DNA of 64,000 nucleotides, from NCBI GenBank assembly GCA_964220215.1, contig CAXPTH010000006.1, positions 1 to 64,000 of the forward strand, given 5' to 3'. Positions 1 to 9,016 of the stretch are shown here, piece after piece; position 1 is the stretch's first letter, and each line of letters starts with the position of its first letter. The translations under genes and the position numbers were made by a program. This stretch comes from Alteromonas sp. GTDB lineage: Bacteria > Margulisbacteria > Marinamargulisbacteria > UBA6595. A model generated the notes under the pieces. That model was not told the DNA's origin. It did not search any database and saw only the letters and a program-made list of their open reading frames with translations.

Positions 1-565
1 ATTCGTCTAGTTTATTTATGTCATAGCCCATGGTGCTCATCAGTGTTTTTAAAACAATTTTAGCGCCCAATACTGTATGTTCATCAATACCCTTGCTTAA
101 GGCGAAGTCTACAAAACCGTCGATATCGGTTTGGCTATCGTAAACGGTGAAACTAGACTCAGCAAAATAGTCAGAACTCGGATCTTTTGAATTGCTTGTA
201 ATATGAACTAATTTTCCATTAAATTGCAATATATGTTCGCCTCTAATGTTTTTATACATTAAAATATTGGCGTTTGTTTCCCAGCTGCCGTTTTTGTAGA
301 CTTTGTTAGTACTAAGGTTATAGTAATCTCCATCAATATTTATGTATCCATCTATACTATCCACTGTTGTAAATTTATCAGCACCTATTCCAAACTCATC
401 CTCAACTTGATCACCGGCGGATAGGATAGCAATGGCTTGTGGTGGTTGCAAGGAGGCATCGGCAACTTCAAATCCGAGGGAAGCCATTCCGACCATAGAA
501 TTCATTGCGTTATAATCGACATCTGGTTCAAACTGAGGTCCACGTGAAGTAACACCTATACCCAT
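1..565 (-). CDS. Hypothetical AT-rich orphan protein, 3' end runs off the window
   Basis: Not in the ORF track; read manually. ATG at 565 behind an AAGGAG SD; frame MGIGVTSRGPQFEPDVDY...MGYDINKLDE stays open to position 1 (>188 aa). Confidence 0.75.
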   Translation of the reverse strand, partial: MGIGVTSRGPQFEPDVDYNAMNSMVGMASLGFEVADASLQPPQAIAILSAGDQVEDEFGIGADKFTTVDSIDGYINIDGDYYNLSTNKVYKNGSWETNANILMYKNIRGEHILQFNGKLVHITSNSKDPSSDYFAESSFTVYDSQTDIDGFVDFALSKGIDEHTVLGAKIVLKTLMSTMGYDINKLDE

Positions 566-688
566 AAAAATTCTCCTTTTTTATTAAAGACAATATTGTT
601 GTTGTGTATGATATCGAATATCAATAACGGAACCATGTATCGAATTTTTTCAATTTATAATTTATACTGTATTTACAATTAATTAAAA

Positions 689-1915
689 TTAACTATTCGT
701 CGATTTTTTTGAAAATCGATCGTGAATATACTGTTCCAGCAATTGAATAAACTCAGCCTGAATACCATCACCGCGCAAGGTAGTTACTTGTTTGCCATCA
801 ATATACACGGGTGCCCGGGGCGTTTCTGAAATCCCGGGTAGGCTAATGCCAATGTCCGCATGTTTGCTTTCACCGGGGCCATTCACCACACACCCCATCA
901 CGGCAACAGTCAGCGACTCAACACCCGGATACTGAGTCCGCCAAGTTTGAATGGTTTGATCAATATGGGCCTGAATCGATTCAGCCAAGCGAATAAACGC
1001 ATCGCTTTGGGTACGCCCACACCCGGGGCAGCTCACGACCGAAGGGGTAAAATGCCGCAACCCCATGGCTTGCAAGACTGTTTTGCACCCGCGAACTTCT
1101 TCCGCACGCGACGCCCCCGGCGACGGGGTTAACGACATACGAATGGTGTCCCCAATCCCTTGATGCAATAAAATACCCAAGGCAATGGCACTGCTAATAC
1201 TGCCTTTGTGCTGGCTCCCAGCTTCGGTGAGCCCCAAGTGCAGAACGGTATCGGTTTCTTGGGCCAACTGCTCATACACGCGAACCATCGCCGCAACATC
1301 GGACATTTTGACACTCAGAACCAACTGATCTTTGGGCAGTCCAATGGCCAAGGCCAATGCTTCGCTTTGGCGGGCACTTTCCAGCATAGCCTCAATCATT
1401 ACATCCGTGGCGGATTGGGGGACGGGCAAGGCCTGATTGGCATCCATGGCTTTGGCGACAATGACGGGATCCAGAGACCCCCAGTTTACCCCAATTCGCA
1501 CGGCTTTCTTGTGGTGAATGGCGGCTTTAATAATCATTTCAAATTGTTGGTCTCGGCGATCGCCTTTGCCCACATTGCCGGGGTTTACTCGAAACTTGGC
1601 CAAACAGGCGGCGGAGTCTGGGTATTCGGTTAATAAGATATGCCCGTTGTAGTGAAAATCGCCAATTAAGGGTACGCTGTAGCCATCGGCATCTAAGGCT
1701 GCCCGAATGGCCGGAACCGCTTGCATGGCGGCGGCATCGTTGACGGTGATGCGTACCAGTTCTGAACCGGCATCGGCGAGTTCTTTAATTTGGGCGACTG
1801 TTTGTTCAGCATCAGCGGTTGGGGTATTGGTCATGGATTGGACAACAATGGGATGGGCACTGCCCATTAAAACAGATCCAATGCGAACAGACGGTGTTTG
1901 GCGACGATGCTTCAT
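689..1915 (-). CDS. ispG: HMBPP synthase (4Fe-4S)
   Basis: VQSMTNT, LIGDFHYNGH, RVNPGNVG, RIGVNWGSL, HLGLTEAG, SCPGCGR, MGCVVNGPGES. Confidence 0.97.
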   Translation of the reverse strand: MKHRRQTPSVRIGSVLMGSAHPIVVQSMTNTPTADAEQTVAQIKELADAGSELVRITVNDAAAMQAVPAIRAALDADGYSVPLIGDFHYNGHILLTEYPDSAACLAKFRVNPGNVGKGDRRDQQFEMIIKAAIHHKKAVRIGVNWGSLDPVIVAKAMDANQALPVPQSATDVMIEAMLESARQSEALALAIGLPKDQLVLSVKMSDVAAMVRVYEQLAQETDTVLHLGLTEAGSQHKGSISSAIALGILLHQGIGDTIRMSLTPSPGASRAEEVRGCKTVLQAMGLRHFTPSVVSCPGCGRTQSDAFIRLAESIQAHIDQTIQTWRTQYPGVESLTVAVMGCVVNGPGESKHADIGISLPGISETPRAPVYIDGKQVTTLRGDGIQAEFIQLLEQYIHDRFSKKSTNS

Positions 1916-1920
1916 AGATT

Positions 1921-2589
1921 TTAGTATAGCATTATGCCGCGCGCTTCAATATAGGCACAATCTTCGGGAACGGTAATTTTAATGTTGTTGGGGCATCCCG
2001 CTACGCATGAAATTGTCCCGCCCATGGCCTCAACCAGACTGGCATCATCGGTAAATGCCTCCCAGTTTGGACTATGGGCAAAGGCTTGCTTGAGGCGCGA
2101 TAGATGAAACACTTGGGGCGTCTGTACCCGAACCAAGGGGGTGCGATCCACGGTTTCAATGTGGTTTGGAGCAATAACCCGTTTAATGGTGTCCGTGAGT
2201 GGGAGTGTGGGGATGCAGCCATCGGCGGTGTCCAACCCATGATCCAAGCGCTCGCACAGGGCTTTGGAAACAACGGGTCGGGCCCCATCGTGAATCCAAA
2301 CGCGAGAGTAGTCCAATTCGGTTAGTGCGCACAACCCGTTCCACACAGAGTGTGCACGCGTGTCCCCACCGAGGACACAGGTGGCTACAATGCCGTAGTC
2401 CGATAGTTGTTTGGCCGTTTGATCCACGCAATGTGTCACAACAACAGTTGTTTTGAATCCCAGTTTTAGGGCTTGGCAGGTATGCATTAATACGGGAGTT
2501 CCGCGGATTAAGGCTTGTTGCTTGTCAGATCCGAAGCGTCGGCCGTGCCCAGCGGCTACAATAATGAGGGCATCGTCGTTAATGCCCAT
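1921..2589 (-). CDS. ispD: 2-C-methyl-D-erythritol 4-phosphate cytidylyltransferase
   Basis: AAGHGRRFG..KQ, GGDTRAHSV, IHDGARP, VQTPQVF, TDDASLVE, NIKITVPED. Confidence 0.95.
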   Translation of the reverse strand: MGINDDALIIVAAGHGRRFGSDKQQALIRGTPVLMHTCQALKLGFKTTVVVTHCVDQTAKQLSDYGIVATCVLGGDTRAHSVWNGLCALTELDYSRVWIHDGARPVVSKALCERLDHGLDTADGCIPTLPLTDTIKRVIAPNHIETVDRTPLVRVQTPQVFHLSRLKQAFAHSPNWEAFTDDASLVEAMGGTISCVAGCPNNIKITVPEDCAYIEARGIMLY

Positions 2590-3556
2590 GCGGACGGGAT
2601 GCGTCGGTCAGATCCCGGAGGGGTTTGGGTAAGGGGAACCAAACATCGGCTTCGGTTGATGGGGCTTGATGACAGGTGCTGGACGCAACAGATGCTTGAA
2701 TGCGGGTAACCAGCTGGGTTACTAAAATTTGGGGGACAGATGCGCCGGAGCTGATACCAACATGAGCGGCATCGGCAATCATGGCATCGGTGAATTCCTG
2801 GGCGGACTCGAGCATATATGCTGGGCGTCCTTGTTCTTTGGCAAGTTCATACAATCGTGTGGTGTTGGAACTGTTTTTGGATCCACAGACTAAGATCACA
2901 TCGCAGGTTTTAACTAAATCTAAAATAGCATCTTGGCGATTTTGTGTTGCGTAGCAAATATCTTTTTCCGGTGGCAGTGTTAGGGTGGGGTAGCGCTGCT
3001 TAATTTTATCAATTAATCGGCGGGTATCCGATACACTCAATGTTGTTTGGGTGAGCACCCCAATGGGTTGATTGGGGTCTAAATTTAGGGCGTCAATGTC
3101 GGCATCTGTTTCGACTACGTGGCATAGCGATTCTGGAATATAGCCTTTGGTTCCAACAAACTCTTGATGCCCGCGGTGTCCGATTAAAATGATTTGCATG
3201 CGTCGCCGAGCCATCTTTTTGGCTTCCATATGCACTTTTCGGACCAAGGGGCAGGTGGCGTCTAGGACGTCCAATTGGCGGGCCTTGGCTTCTGCATAAA
3301 CCTCTGGCGCAGATCCATGGGCACTCAAAATGACCCGAGAACCGATGGGGATTTCATCCAGGTTTTCAACAAATTGAACGCCCAGCTGAGTATAGTGATT
3401 GACCAGATAATCATTGTGCACAATGGCATGGCGAACATACAGTGGCAAGCCATAGTGCTGGAGGGCTAAATCAACAATATCTAAGGCAACGGAGACGCCG
3501 GCACAAAATCCTTGAGTATGGGCGAGGTGAATGTCGATGTGACGGTTTTGCTTCAT
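2579..3556 (-). CDS. ispH: HMBPP reductase
   Basis: GFCAGV, IVHN, SAHG, DATCPLV, QTTLS, ICYATQNRQ, NSSNT, SGASVP. Confidence 0.97.
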   Translation of the reverse strand: MKQNRHIDIHLAHTQGFCAGVSVALDIVDLALQHYGLPLYVRHAIVHNDYLVNHYTQLGVQFVENLDEIPIGSRVILSAHGSAPEVYAEAKARQLDVLDATCPLVRKVHMEAKKMARRRMQIILIGHRGHQEFVGTKGYIPESLCHVVETDADIDALNLDPNQPIGVLTQTTLSVSDTRRLIDKIKQRYPTLTLPPEKDICYATQNRQDAILDLVKTCDVILVCGSKNSSNTTRLYELAKEQGRPAYMLESAQEFTDAMIADAAHVGISSGASVPQILVTQLVTRIQASVASSTCHQAPSTEADVWFPLPKPLRDLTDASRPHGH

Positions 3557-3563
3557 GATTCAT

Positions 3564-4340
3564 TTATTGTATCATGTCGAGCATCGTGCCGAATTCATCT
3601 TCAAGCTTTTTGATGCTAATATCGGTGATTGCGTGGATGTTGGGTAGGGTTAGTTCAATAAGTTTATCCGAACCCTCCCATAACGCATTGCCGCTAATGT
3701 TCATGGAAGCCAGTGGATCTTGGGGTGCTAATGGGGTTGTGCTGGCCATCGGATTGGAGAGTAAGTTTTTGAGGGCATCGGCGTCGATATTTAACTCAGT
3801 GGCCACCCCTTGAATAAGTTGCTCAGGCGTTTGTGCGGGCATTCCGAGCTGGCCTAAAATCTTACCAATTAATTGCAACAGTTGATAGGCTTGACGAGCC
3901 ATTTTTGGATTTTGAGCCAGTTGCTTAACAATTAGTTTAACCGCTTTTTTCATAGCGTCTTTAATATCGGGTATTAAATCGTCTAGAGCACTGCTATCTA
4001 ACTCGACTAAATGCCCAATCAGACCGACCAATGCGGTGAGCATGGATTTGGATACTAATCCAGACATGATTTTATTGATAATCGTTTCAATCATGGCGAT
4101 TATTGTTTCTTTTTTGAGTCTTTTTGATTCATCCAATTGCTCTAAATCACTAAAAAATTGTTGAAGAGGCATTGTTTTTTGGCTGGTTTCTGGATTTAAT
4201 AACAAGGCAATGCGTTCAGTGGCATTAATCGTTTCAATATCAAGATCCAACTGGGTATCTCCATCCGCAGGTTGGGACAGAAAATTAATAATGGGCGCCC
4301 ATATACTAGCGCTTAACTCACTGCTATGAATACTGGTCAT
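3564..4340 (-). CDS. Hypothetical helical orphan protein
   Basis: 258-aa ORF with AAGGAG SD and Ser-rich N-terminus; no family recognised. Confidence 0.7.
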   Translation of the reverse strand: MTSIHSSELSASIWAPIINFLSQPADGDTQLDLDIETINATERIALLLNPETSQKTMPLQQFFSDLEQLDESKRLKKETIIAMIETIINKIMSGLVSKSMLTALVGLIGHLVELDSSALDDLIPDIKDAMKKAVKLIVKQLAQNPKMARQAYQLLQLIGKILGQLGMPAQTPEQLIQGVATELNIDADALKNLLSNPMASTTPLAPQDPLASMNISGNALWEGSDKLIELTLPNIHAITDISIKKLEDEFGTMLDMIQ

Positions 4341-4358
4341 GGTTTGTTACTCCTTTAT

Positions 4359-5504
4359 TTATATATATCGGTCTAAAAGCGATAAATCTTGTATGTCTTT
4401 GGAGGCTTTAGCGCCCAATTTTTTTATATTTTCAATTCGTGTGACGACATTGCCTTTGCCATGAATCAGTTTATTCATAATGGCGGCATGGGTATTTTGG
4501 GTGGTTGTTAACTGCTGGCCGAGCTTATCGAGTTCTTGAGCAACGGCAAAAAACTTGTCATACAGAGCACCACTTTGTTTGGCAATTTCATGAGCAAATT
4601 GGTTTTGATGCGCTTGTTTCCATAAATTTTGAATAATATGCAGGGTTGCAAACAAGGTTGAAGGCGATACGAGGACAACATGGTGTTTCATGGCATCGTA
4701 AAATAGCTGAGAATCGTGTTGCAAAGCCAGGGTTAATGCGGGTTCAATGGGTAAAAACATTAAAACAAAATCCGGCGAGTTGAGGCCGGTCAGTGCGGGA
4801 TAATTTTTTTCGCTGAGTGTTTTGATATGATTGCGAATGGCTTGAATATGGAGTTTTAGGGGGTGGGCGTCAGGCGTTTGGGTGTAGAGTTCGTAGGCGT
4901 TGAGGGACACTTTAGAATCAATAATAATGTGGCGATCACCGGGTAACTTTAAAATAACGTCGGGTTGTTGCCGCTCGCCAGTATCGGTTTTCAAGCCGGT
5001 TTGAACGATAAATTCACGCCCCTTTTCGAGTCCGGATTGCTCCAATACCGTTTCTAAAATTAGCTCGCCCCAATTGCCTTGGGTTTTGGTGTTGCCTTTG
5101 AGGGCATTGCTGAGCTGACGGGCTTCTTGGGCCATGGTTTGATTGAGGGTAACGAGTTGGCTTAACTCGCCTTTGAGGGCTGCGCGTTGATCGGCTTCGT
5201 GGCGTTGGGTTTGATCGAGGGTGGTCTTAAACTCACTCAGGGCGGTTTTGAAGGGGGCTAGAAGGGTGTTTAAGGATTGTTGATTGTCCTGAGAAAACCG
5301 GTTGGTTTTTTCATCAAATAGGCGATTGGCCAGTTGCATGAGGTCTGATTTTTGTGTGGCGAGCTGTGTGGTTAATTGGTGATTGGTCGCCTCCAAGATC
5401 CCGTGTTCTTTCACGAGGGCTTGATGCCGAATGGTTCCCCAGACGAGCCCCGTGCTGAGAGCCAAAACAATCCCAAACAACCCAACAATAACGCCGATTA
5501 CCAT
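4359..5504 (-). CDS. rmuC: DNA recombination protein RmuC
   Basis: N-terminal TM and coiled coil, QGNWGELILE, PDVILKLP, IIDSKVSL, DFVLMFLPIE. Start placed at ATG 5504 because a -10 box lies 7 nt upstream and the longer start overlaps the divergent gene. Confidence 0.93.
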   Translation of the reverse strand: MVIGVIVGLFGIVLALSTGLVWGTIRHQALVKEHGILEATNHQLTTQLATQKSDLMQLANRLFDEKTNRFSQDNQQSLNTLLAPFKTALSEFKTTLDQTQRHEADQRAALKGELSQLVTLNQTMAQEARQLSNALKGNTKTQGNWGELILETVLEQSGLEKGREFIVQTGLKTDTGERQQPDVILKLPGDRHIIIDSKVSLNAYELYTQTPDAHPLKLHIQAIRNHIKTLSEKNYPALTGLNSPDFVLMFLPIEPALTLALQHDSQLFYDAMKHHVVLVSPSTLFATLHIIQNLWKQAHQNQFAHEIAKQSGALYDKFFAVAQELDKLGQQLTTTQNTHAAIMNKLIHGKGNVVTRIENIKKLGAKASKDIQDLSLLDRYI

Positions 5505-5511
5505 AGTCTTG

Positions 5512-5537
5512 AGTATAGCATGAAAGTGCGCTATGCT
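5512..5537. promoter_or_regulatory. Back-to-back -10 boxes for divergent, probably leaderless rmuC and SgcJ/iota-CA genes
   Basis: Minus-strand TGCTATACT 7 nt before ATG 5504; plus-strand TATGCT 6 nt before ATG 5544; no SD for either gene. Confidence 0.55.
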
Positions 5538-5543
5538 TGGGGT

Positions 5544-5909
5544 ATGAAACAACCAACTGAATTATTTAACCAATGGGCGGACGCCCTTAAAACGCAAGAT
5601 CCGGATTGTGTTCTGGCGTGCTATGCCCCGAATGCGGTGCTGTTGCCAACGGTATCCAATACGGTGTGCAACACCCCGGCGTTGATTCGGGATTATTTTG
5701 TTCACTTTTTAGCCAAGCAACCGGTGGTGACGCTGCTAGACAGTTATTGGCATGCCTATGCAGACGGTTGGCACCACGCAGGGACGTATTCGTTTGTGCT
5801 CAATGGAGATACCACGGTTGTGGCTCGATTTACCTACGCATATGCATCGGTTGATGGCGAATGGAAAATTATCGCCCATCATTCGTCGGCAATGCCGGAA
5901 GCGACTTAA
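5544..5909 (+). CDS. SgcJ/EcaC (CaMKII association domain, NTF2-like) protein; candidate iota-class carbonic anhydrase
   Basis: AVLLPTVSN, IRDYFVHFL, ARFTYAY, C-terminal WKIIAHHSSAMPE; start at ATG 5544. Confidence 0.8.
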   Translation: MKQPTELFNQWADALKTQDPDCVLACYAPNAVLLPTVSNTVCNTPALIRDYFVHFLAKQPVVTLLDSYWHAYADGWHHAGTYSFVLNGDTTVVARFTYAYASVDGEWKIIAHHSSAMPEAT

Positions 5910-6881
5910 CTAAGTCTGGAAAAAATTAGACGCCATTTGGGATAAAACAGTAGATGGGTCTTTTCCAGCCGCACTCAATACGGTAAATTGTTCGCCTATT
6001 TCAGACGTCAGTAATTTTTGTATTGTTCCAGCCGCTGTTCGATTGGTAAAAAAGAAAGTGATCTCTAATTCTGGCTTATCAATTGTGTTTAAACTGGATA
6101 ATACGGATTCTAGAACCGCTGAGCAGGTATGATCAATAATGGTTTTGTCTCGGGTAATAGAGACTTTATTCATGGGCACTTTGTTTTCATAGTCGGTCAC
6201 AATGTGCCGAAATAAAATTAGCAGTTGGTTTTTGTCAGCATTGTAAATTATTTTTGAAAATTTATCATCACGCATTAGAGCAAACCCTGTTTGTTGCTCG
6301 TGTATCACAAATTTATGTTGATCATCGGATAGTTTAATGGCACTTTCGGGTATCGTGTGATTGATGGTCATTTTAATGGTTTTAATCATGCGGTCAACAA
6401 ACTCACGTTCATTTTCCCAGCATACGCCAGTATATTCCAAGGGGTTGGCGGCCATATGGTCACGAGCAAGTATATAGAGTAAGGCGATGGGAACATCGAA
6501 TCCGCTCAACCAGCCATACTCAAAGGGGCCGGAATTGGGTAGCTCAACCGCTTCTAATAATGCAGCGTGAATTTGCTGTAAGTATTTGTTTGCGGGTTGA
6601 TCTATCATTTTTAGTTTCACATGCTTTAGAAACTCTATATAGGTCTCATGGCAGCGTGGAATTTCATCTTCACGCGGCATTTTTGCACTGTTTCTAGGTG
6701 TAGCAACACGCTTTCTAGATGCTGCTTCACGTATACCGATACCAGCAGCAGCGCCTACAGCGACTGAAGGCATAAGGTTGTTGTTATATTTAGGCTTATG
6801 TTTTATCAGTGAGTAGGACACTGTTGGAGTAGTAGGGGCTCCTAGTCTTACTAAATCTCTTGGTGGTGCTTGTGCTAACAT
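5910..6881 (-). CDS. Hypothetical AT-rich orphan protein
   Basis: 323-aa ORF with AGGAGG SD and Pro/Thr-rich N-terminus; no family recognised. Confidence 0.7.
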   Translation of the reverse strand: MLAQAPPRDLVRLGAPTTPTVSYSLIKHKPKYNNNLMPSVAVGAAAGIGIREAASRKRVATPRNSAKMPREDEIPRCHETYIEFLKHVKLKMIDQPANKYLQQIHAALLEAVELPNSGPFEYGWLSGFDVPIALLYILARDHMAANPLEYTGVCWENEREFVDRMIKTIKMTINHTIPESAIKLSDDQHKFVIHEQQTGFALMRDDKFSKIIYNADKNQLLILFRHIVTDYENKVPMNKVSITRDKTIIDHTCSAVLESVLSSLNTIDKPELEITFFFTNRTAAGTIQKLLTSEIGEQFTVLSAAGKDPSTVLSQMASNFFQT

Positions 6882-6899
6882 AAAAATAAACCTCCTAAT

Positions 6900-7406
6900 T
6901 TATGCATCCAGGTCAATTTCAATCACTTGGTGGTGTTCAGATGGCTGAAGCGTTCGACTGTACGCACAACCAAAGCCGGAACAAATGTGTGAAATTGTAC
7001 TGGTTTGGGGCATGGTAAAAAACAAATCTTTCTCGGGCACTCCCTGAAGATGCGGTAGTGCATCAAAAATGCGTCCACCATTATTGTTTAGTATAACCAC
7101 AGTAACCGGATATGGGCAATGCTCGAAGAGCCCCAAGGCATTGCAATCGTAGTAAAAGGTTAAATCCCCAACCACCCCAACCACCGGTTTTTGGCTGCCA
7201 TAGGCCAATCCAATCATGGTGGATAATTGCCCGTCAATGCCACTCACCCCGCGGTTGGCAAACGTGGGGACTAGGGGGCTGTCGGGGGATAGCGTGGGGC
7301 AATGGGTGTCTAAATACCGAATGGCCAGGCTATTGCCACAAAATAAAACAGCCGCTTGGCGTTCAGCTAGGTGTACAATGTCTGAAACAAGGGATTTAAT
7401 CGGCAA
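6900..7406 (-). CDS. menD: SEPHCHC synthase MenD, C-terminal (ThDP-binding) part
   Basis: FCGNSLAIR, ANRGVSGIDG, VGDLTFYYDCNAL, LNNNGGRIF; possible TTG start at 7406 with GAGGTG SD 7 nt upstream. Confidence 0.8.
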   Translation of the reverse strand: MPIKSLVSDIVHLAERQAAVLFCGNSLAIRYLDTHCPTLSPDSPLVPTFANRGVSGIDGQLSTMIGLAYGSQKPVVGVVGDLTFYYDCNALGLFEHCPYPVTVVILNNNGGRIFDALPHLQGVPEKDLFFTMPQTSTISHICSGFGCAYSRTLQPSEHHQVIEIDLDA

Positions 7407-8328
7407 AGTGATCCACCTCAATGACAGTTTGTTTGGCATGGTAGGGGTTAAACGGATGGTTGCGGTATCGAATATGATACTGGGGGTGTGCGCGCACATG
7501 TTCTAGTTGATCCAAGCTGGATCGCGCAGTCATGCCCCCACCCAGGACCAGTACCGGACCTTGAGGGTGAATGCAGGAGTGCGGGCGCGGGTAATGCGTG
7601 CGTAGCATGCTGGTAATATCGGCGATAATGGGTACGGATTGGTTGTTGAGGTACTGCTGAACCGCTTGGGCATCGGTCACACTGCGCAATTGCCCAACAA
7701 CAATCAAACCCGGTGTTGGGATGCTTGCCCAGTCGGGGCTGGTTCCACGGGGCATACTGGGCGCAGTGGGGTGGTCCATGACCACGGGGTCTACGGCCAA
7801 GTCTCGAAAAGCCATATTAAAATGCACGGGTGTTGGCTGTGATACGCCTTGGGCAATGTGCGTTTGAATGCGGGCTTGTATGTGCTGAATGGATACGTTT
7901 GAATGGGGGCATGCCAGATTGAGGGTCGTGGCGAAGTGTGAGAATAGCCCGGACTGGGGCATGGTTTGATTGGCGCCAACACCGTGCAGTTCCGGCGGGC
8001 GATCCGCCGTGATGACCACCAAGCAGTGGCCAGACTGATGGGCTTCAACCACAGCGGGCAAGAGATTGGCACCCGCACTGCCCGATGTGGTGAGAATTGC
8101 CACTGGCCGTTGCTGGGCTTTGGCGATCCCTAAGGCCACAAATCCCAAGGCCCGTTCATCATAAAAACAAACGGATTGGATTTGCGTATGATTCGCAATG
8201 CATCGGGTCAGGGGGGCGGACCGAGACCCAGAGCCAATGCAAATATGCTGAATGCCGGCAGTAATCAAACTTTCAACAACCCCCATGGCCCATTGCGTTG
8301 TTGGCGTTACATTAGTCACGTTGGGCAT
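7396..8328 (-). CDS. menD: SEPHCHC synthase MenD, N-terminal part
   Basis: GSGSRSAPL, DERALGFVALG, TTSGSAGANLLPAVVEA, TADRPPEL, GANQT, PVHFN; ends at TAA 7396 in a different frame from the C-terminal part. Confidence 0.85.
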   Translation of the reverse strand: MPNVTNVTPTTQWAMGVVESLITAGIQHICIGSGSRSAPLTRCIANHTQIQSVCFYDERALGFVALGIAKAQQRPVAILTTSGSAGANLLPAVVEAHQSGHCLVVITADRPPELHGVGANQTMPQSGLFSHFATTLNLACPHSNVSIQHIQARIQTHIAQGVSQPTPVHFNMAFRDLAVDPVVMDHPTAPSMPRGTSPDWASIPTPGLIVVGQLRSVTDAQAVQQYLNNQSVPIIADITSMLRTHYPRPHSCIHPQGPVLVLGGGMTARSSLDQLEHVRAHPQYHIRYRNHPFNPYHAKQTVIEVDHFAD

Positions 8329-9016
8329 GGTACAGGGTGACAACGCCTGCGGACATCCGGTAACTGCGGACGGATGAAAACCCAGCGGCGTATAATTTTT
8401 GTTCAAACGCAGCACCGTAAGGGAAGGACTCAATGGTTTTATTTAAATACGTATAGGCCGTATCGTGGCCGGATAACCAGCGACCCAATCGCGGTAAAAT
8501 AGTCCTTAAATACCACAAATAGGGTGTTCGAATCGGCTGAGGCGGCAATGAAAACTCCAAAATCAAGGCCTCTCCACCGGGTTTTAATACCCGGGTCATC
8601 TCGACGAGGGCGGCTGCGTAGTCGGGCACATTGCGAATCCCAAAGGACATGGTAATCACATCGACGGCATTGGCCGGTAGGGGAATGGCCGTGGCAACGC
8701 CGGCCTTGAGTTCAATCCGATTGGATAACTGACGCTGGTTGAGCTTTTTATTGCCAATGGCGAGCATATCCACGGCTGGGTCTAGGCCAATGCCGTGCTT
8801 GAATTGAATGCCGTGGTTGGCCAGGCTAATCAAGACATCGGCGGTTCCGGTGGCTAAATCCAAAACGGTATCGGGGGTTCGGTTGCGAATTGTCCGGGCG
8901 AGTTTCCACCGCCATAGGACATCTTGGTATCCGGATAGTAGGCGGTTGATGCGGTCGTATTTGGCCGAAATTTCATTGAATACGGCCGGGATTCCGGACT
9001 TGTCTGGCAGGTTCAT
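8312..9016 (-). CDS. ubiE: Demethylmenaquinone methyltransferase UbiE/MenG
   Basis: YDRINRLLS, VLDLATGTAD, MSFGIRNV, RVLKPGG..ILEFS, AYTYLNKTI. Confidence 0.93.
   Translation of the reverse strand: MNLPDKSGIPAVFNEISAKYDRINRLLSGYQDVLWRWKLARTIRNRTPDTVLDLATGTADVLISLANHGIQFKHGIGLDPAVDMLAIGNKKLNQRQLSNRIELKAGVATAIPLPANAVDVITMSFGIRNVPDYAAALVEMTRVLKPGGEALILEFSLPPQPIRTPYLWYLRTILPRLGRWLSGHDTAYTYLNKTIESFPYGAAFEQKLYAAGFSSVRSYRMSAGVVTLYHAQRD

Noticed and set aside
5376..5543. N-terminal extension of the SgcJ/iota-CA ORF
   Set aside because: Overlaps rmuC on the opposite strand; the family-like sequence and a -10 box point to ATG 5544
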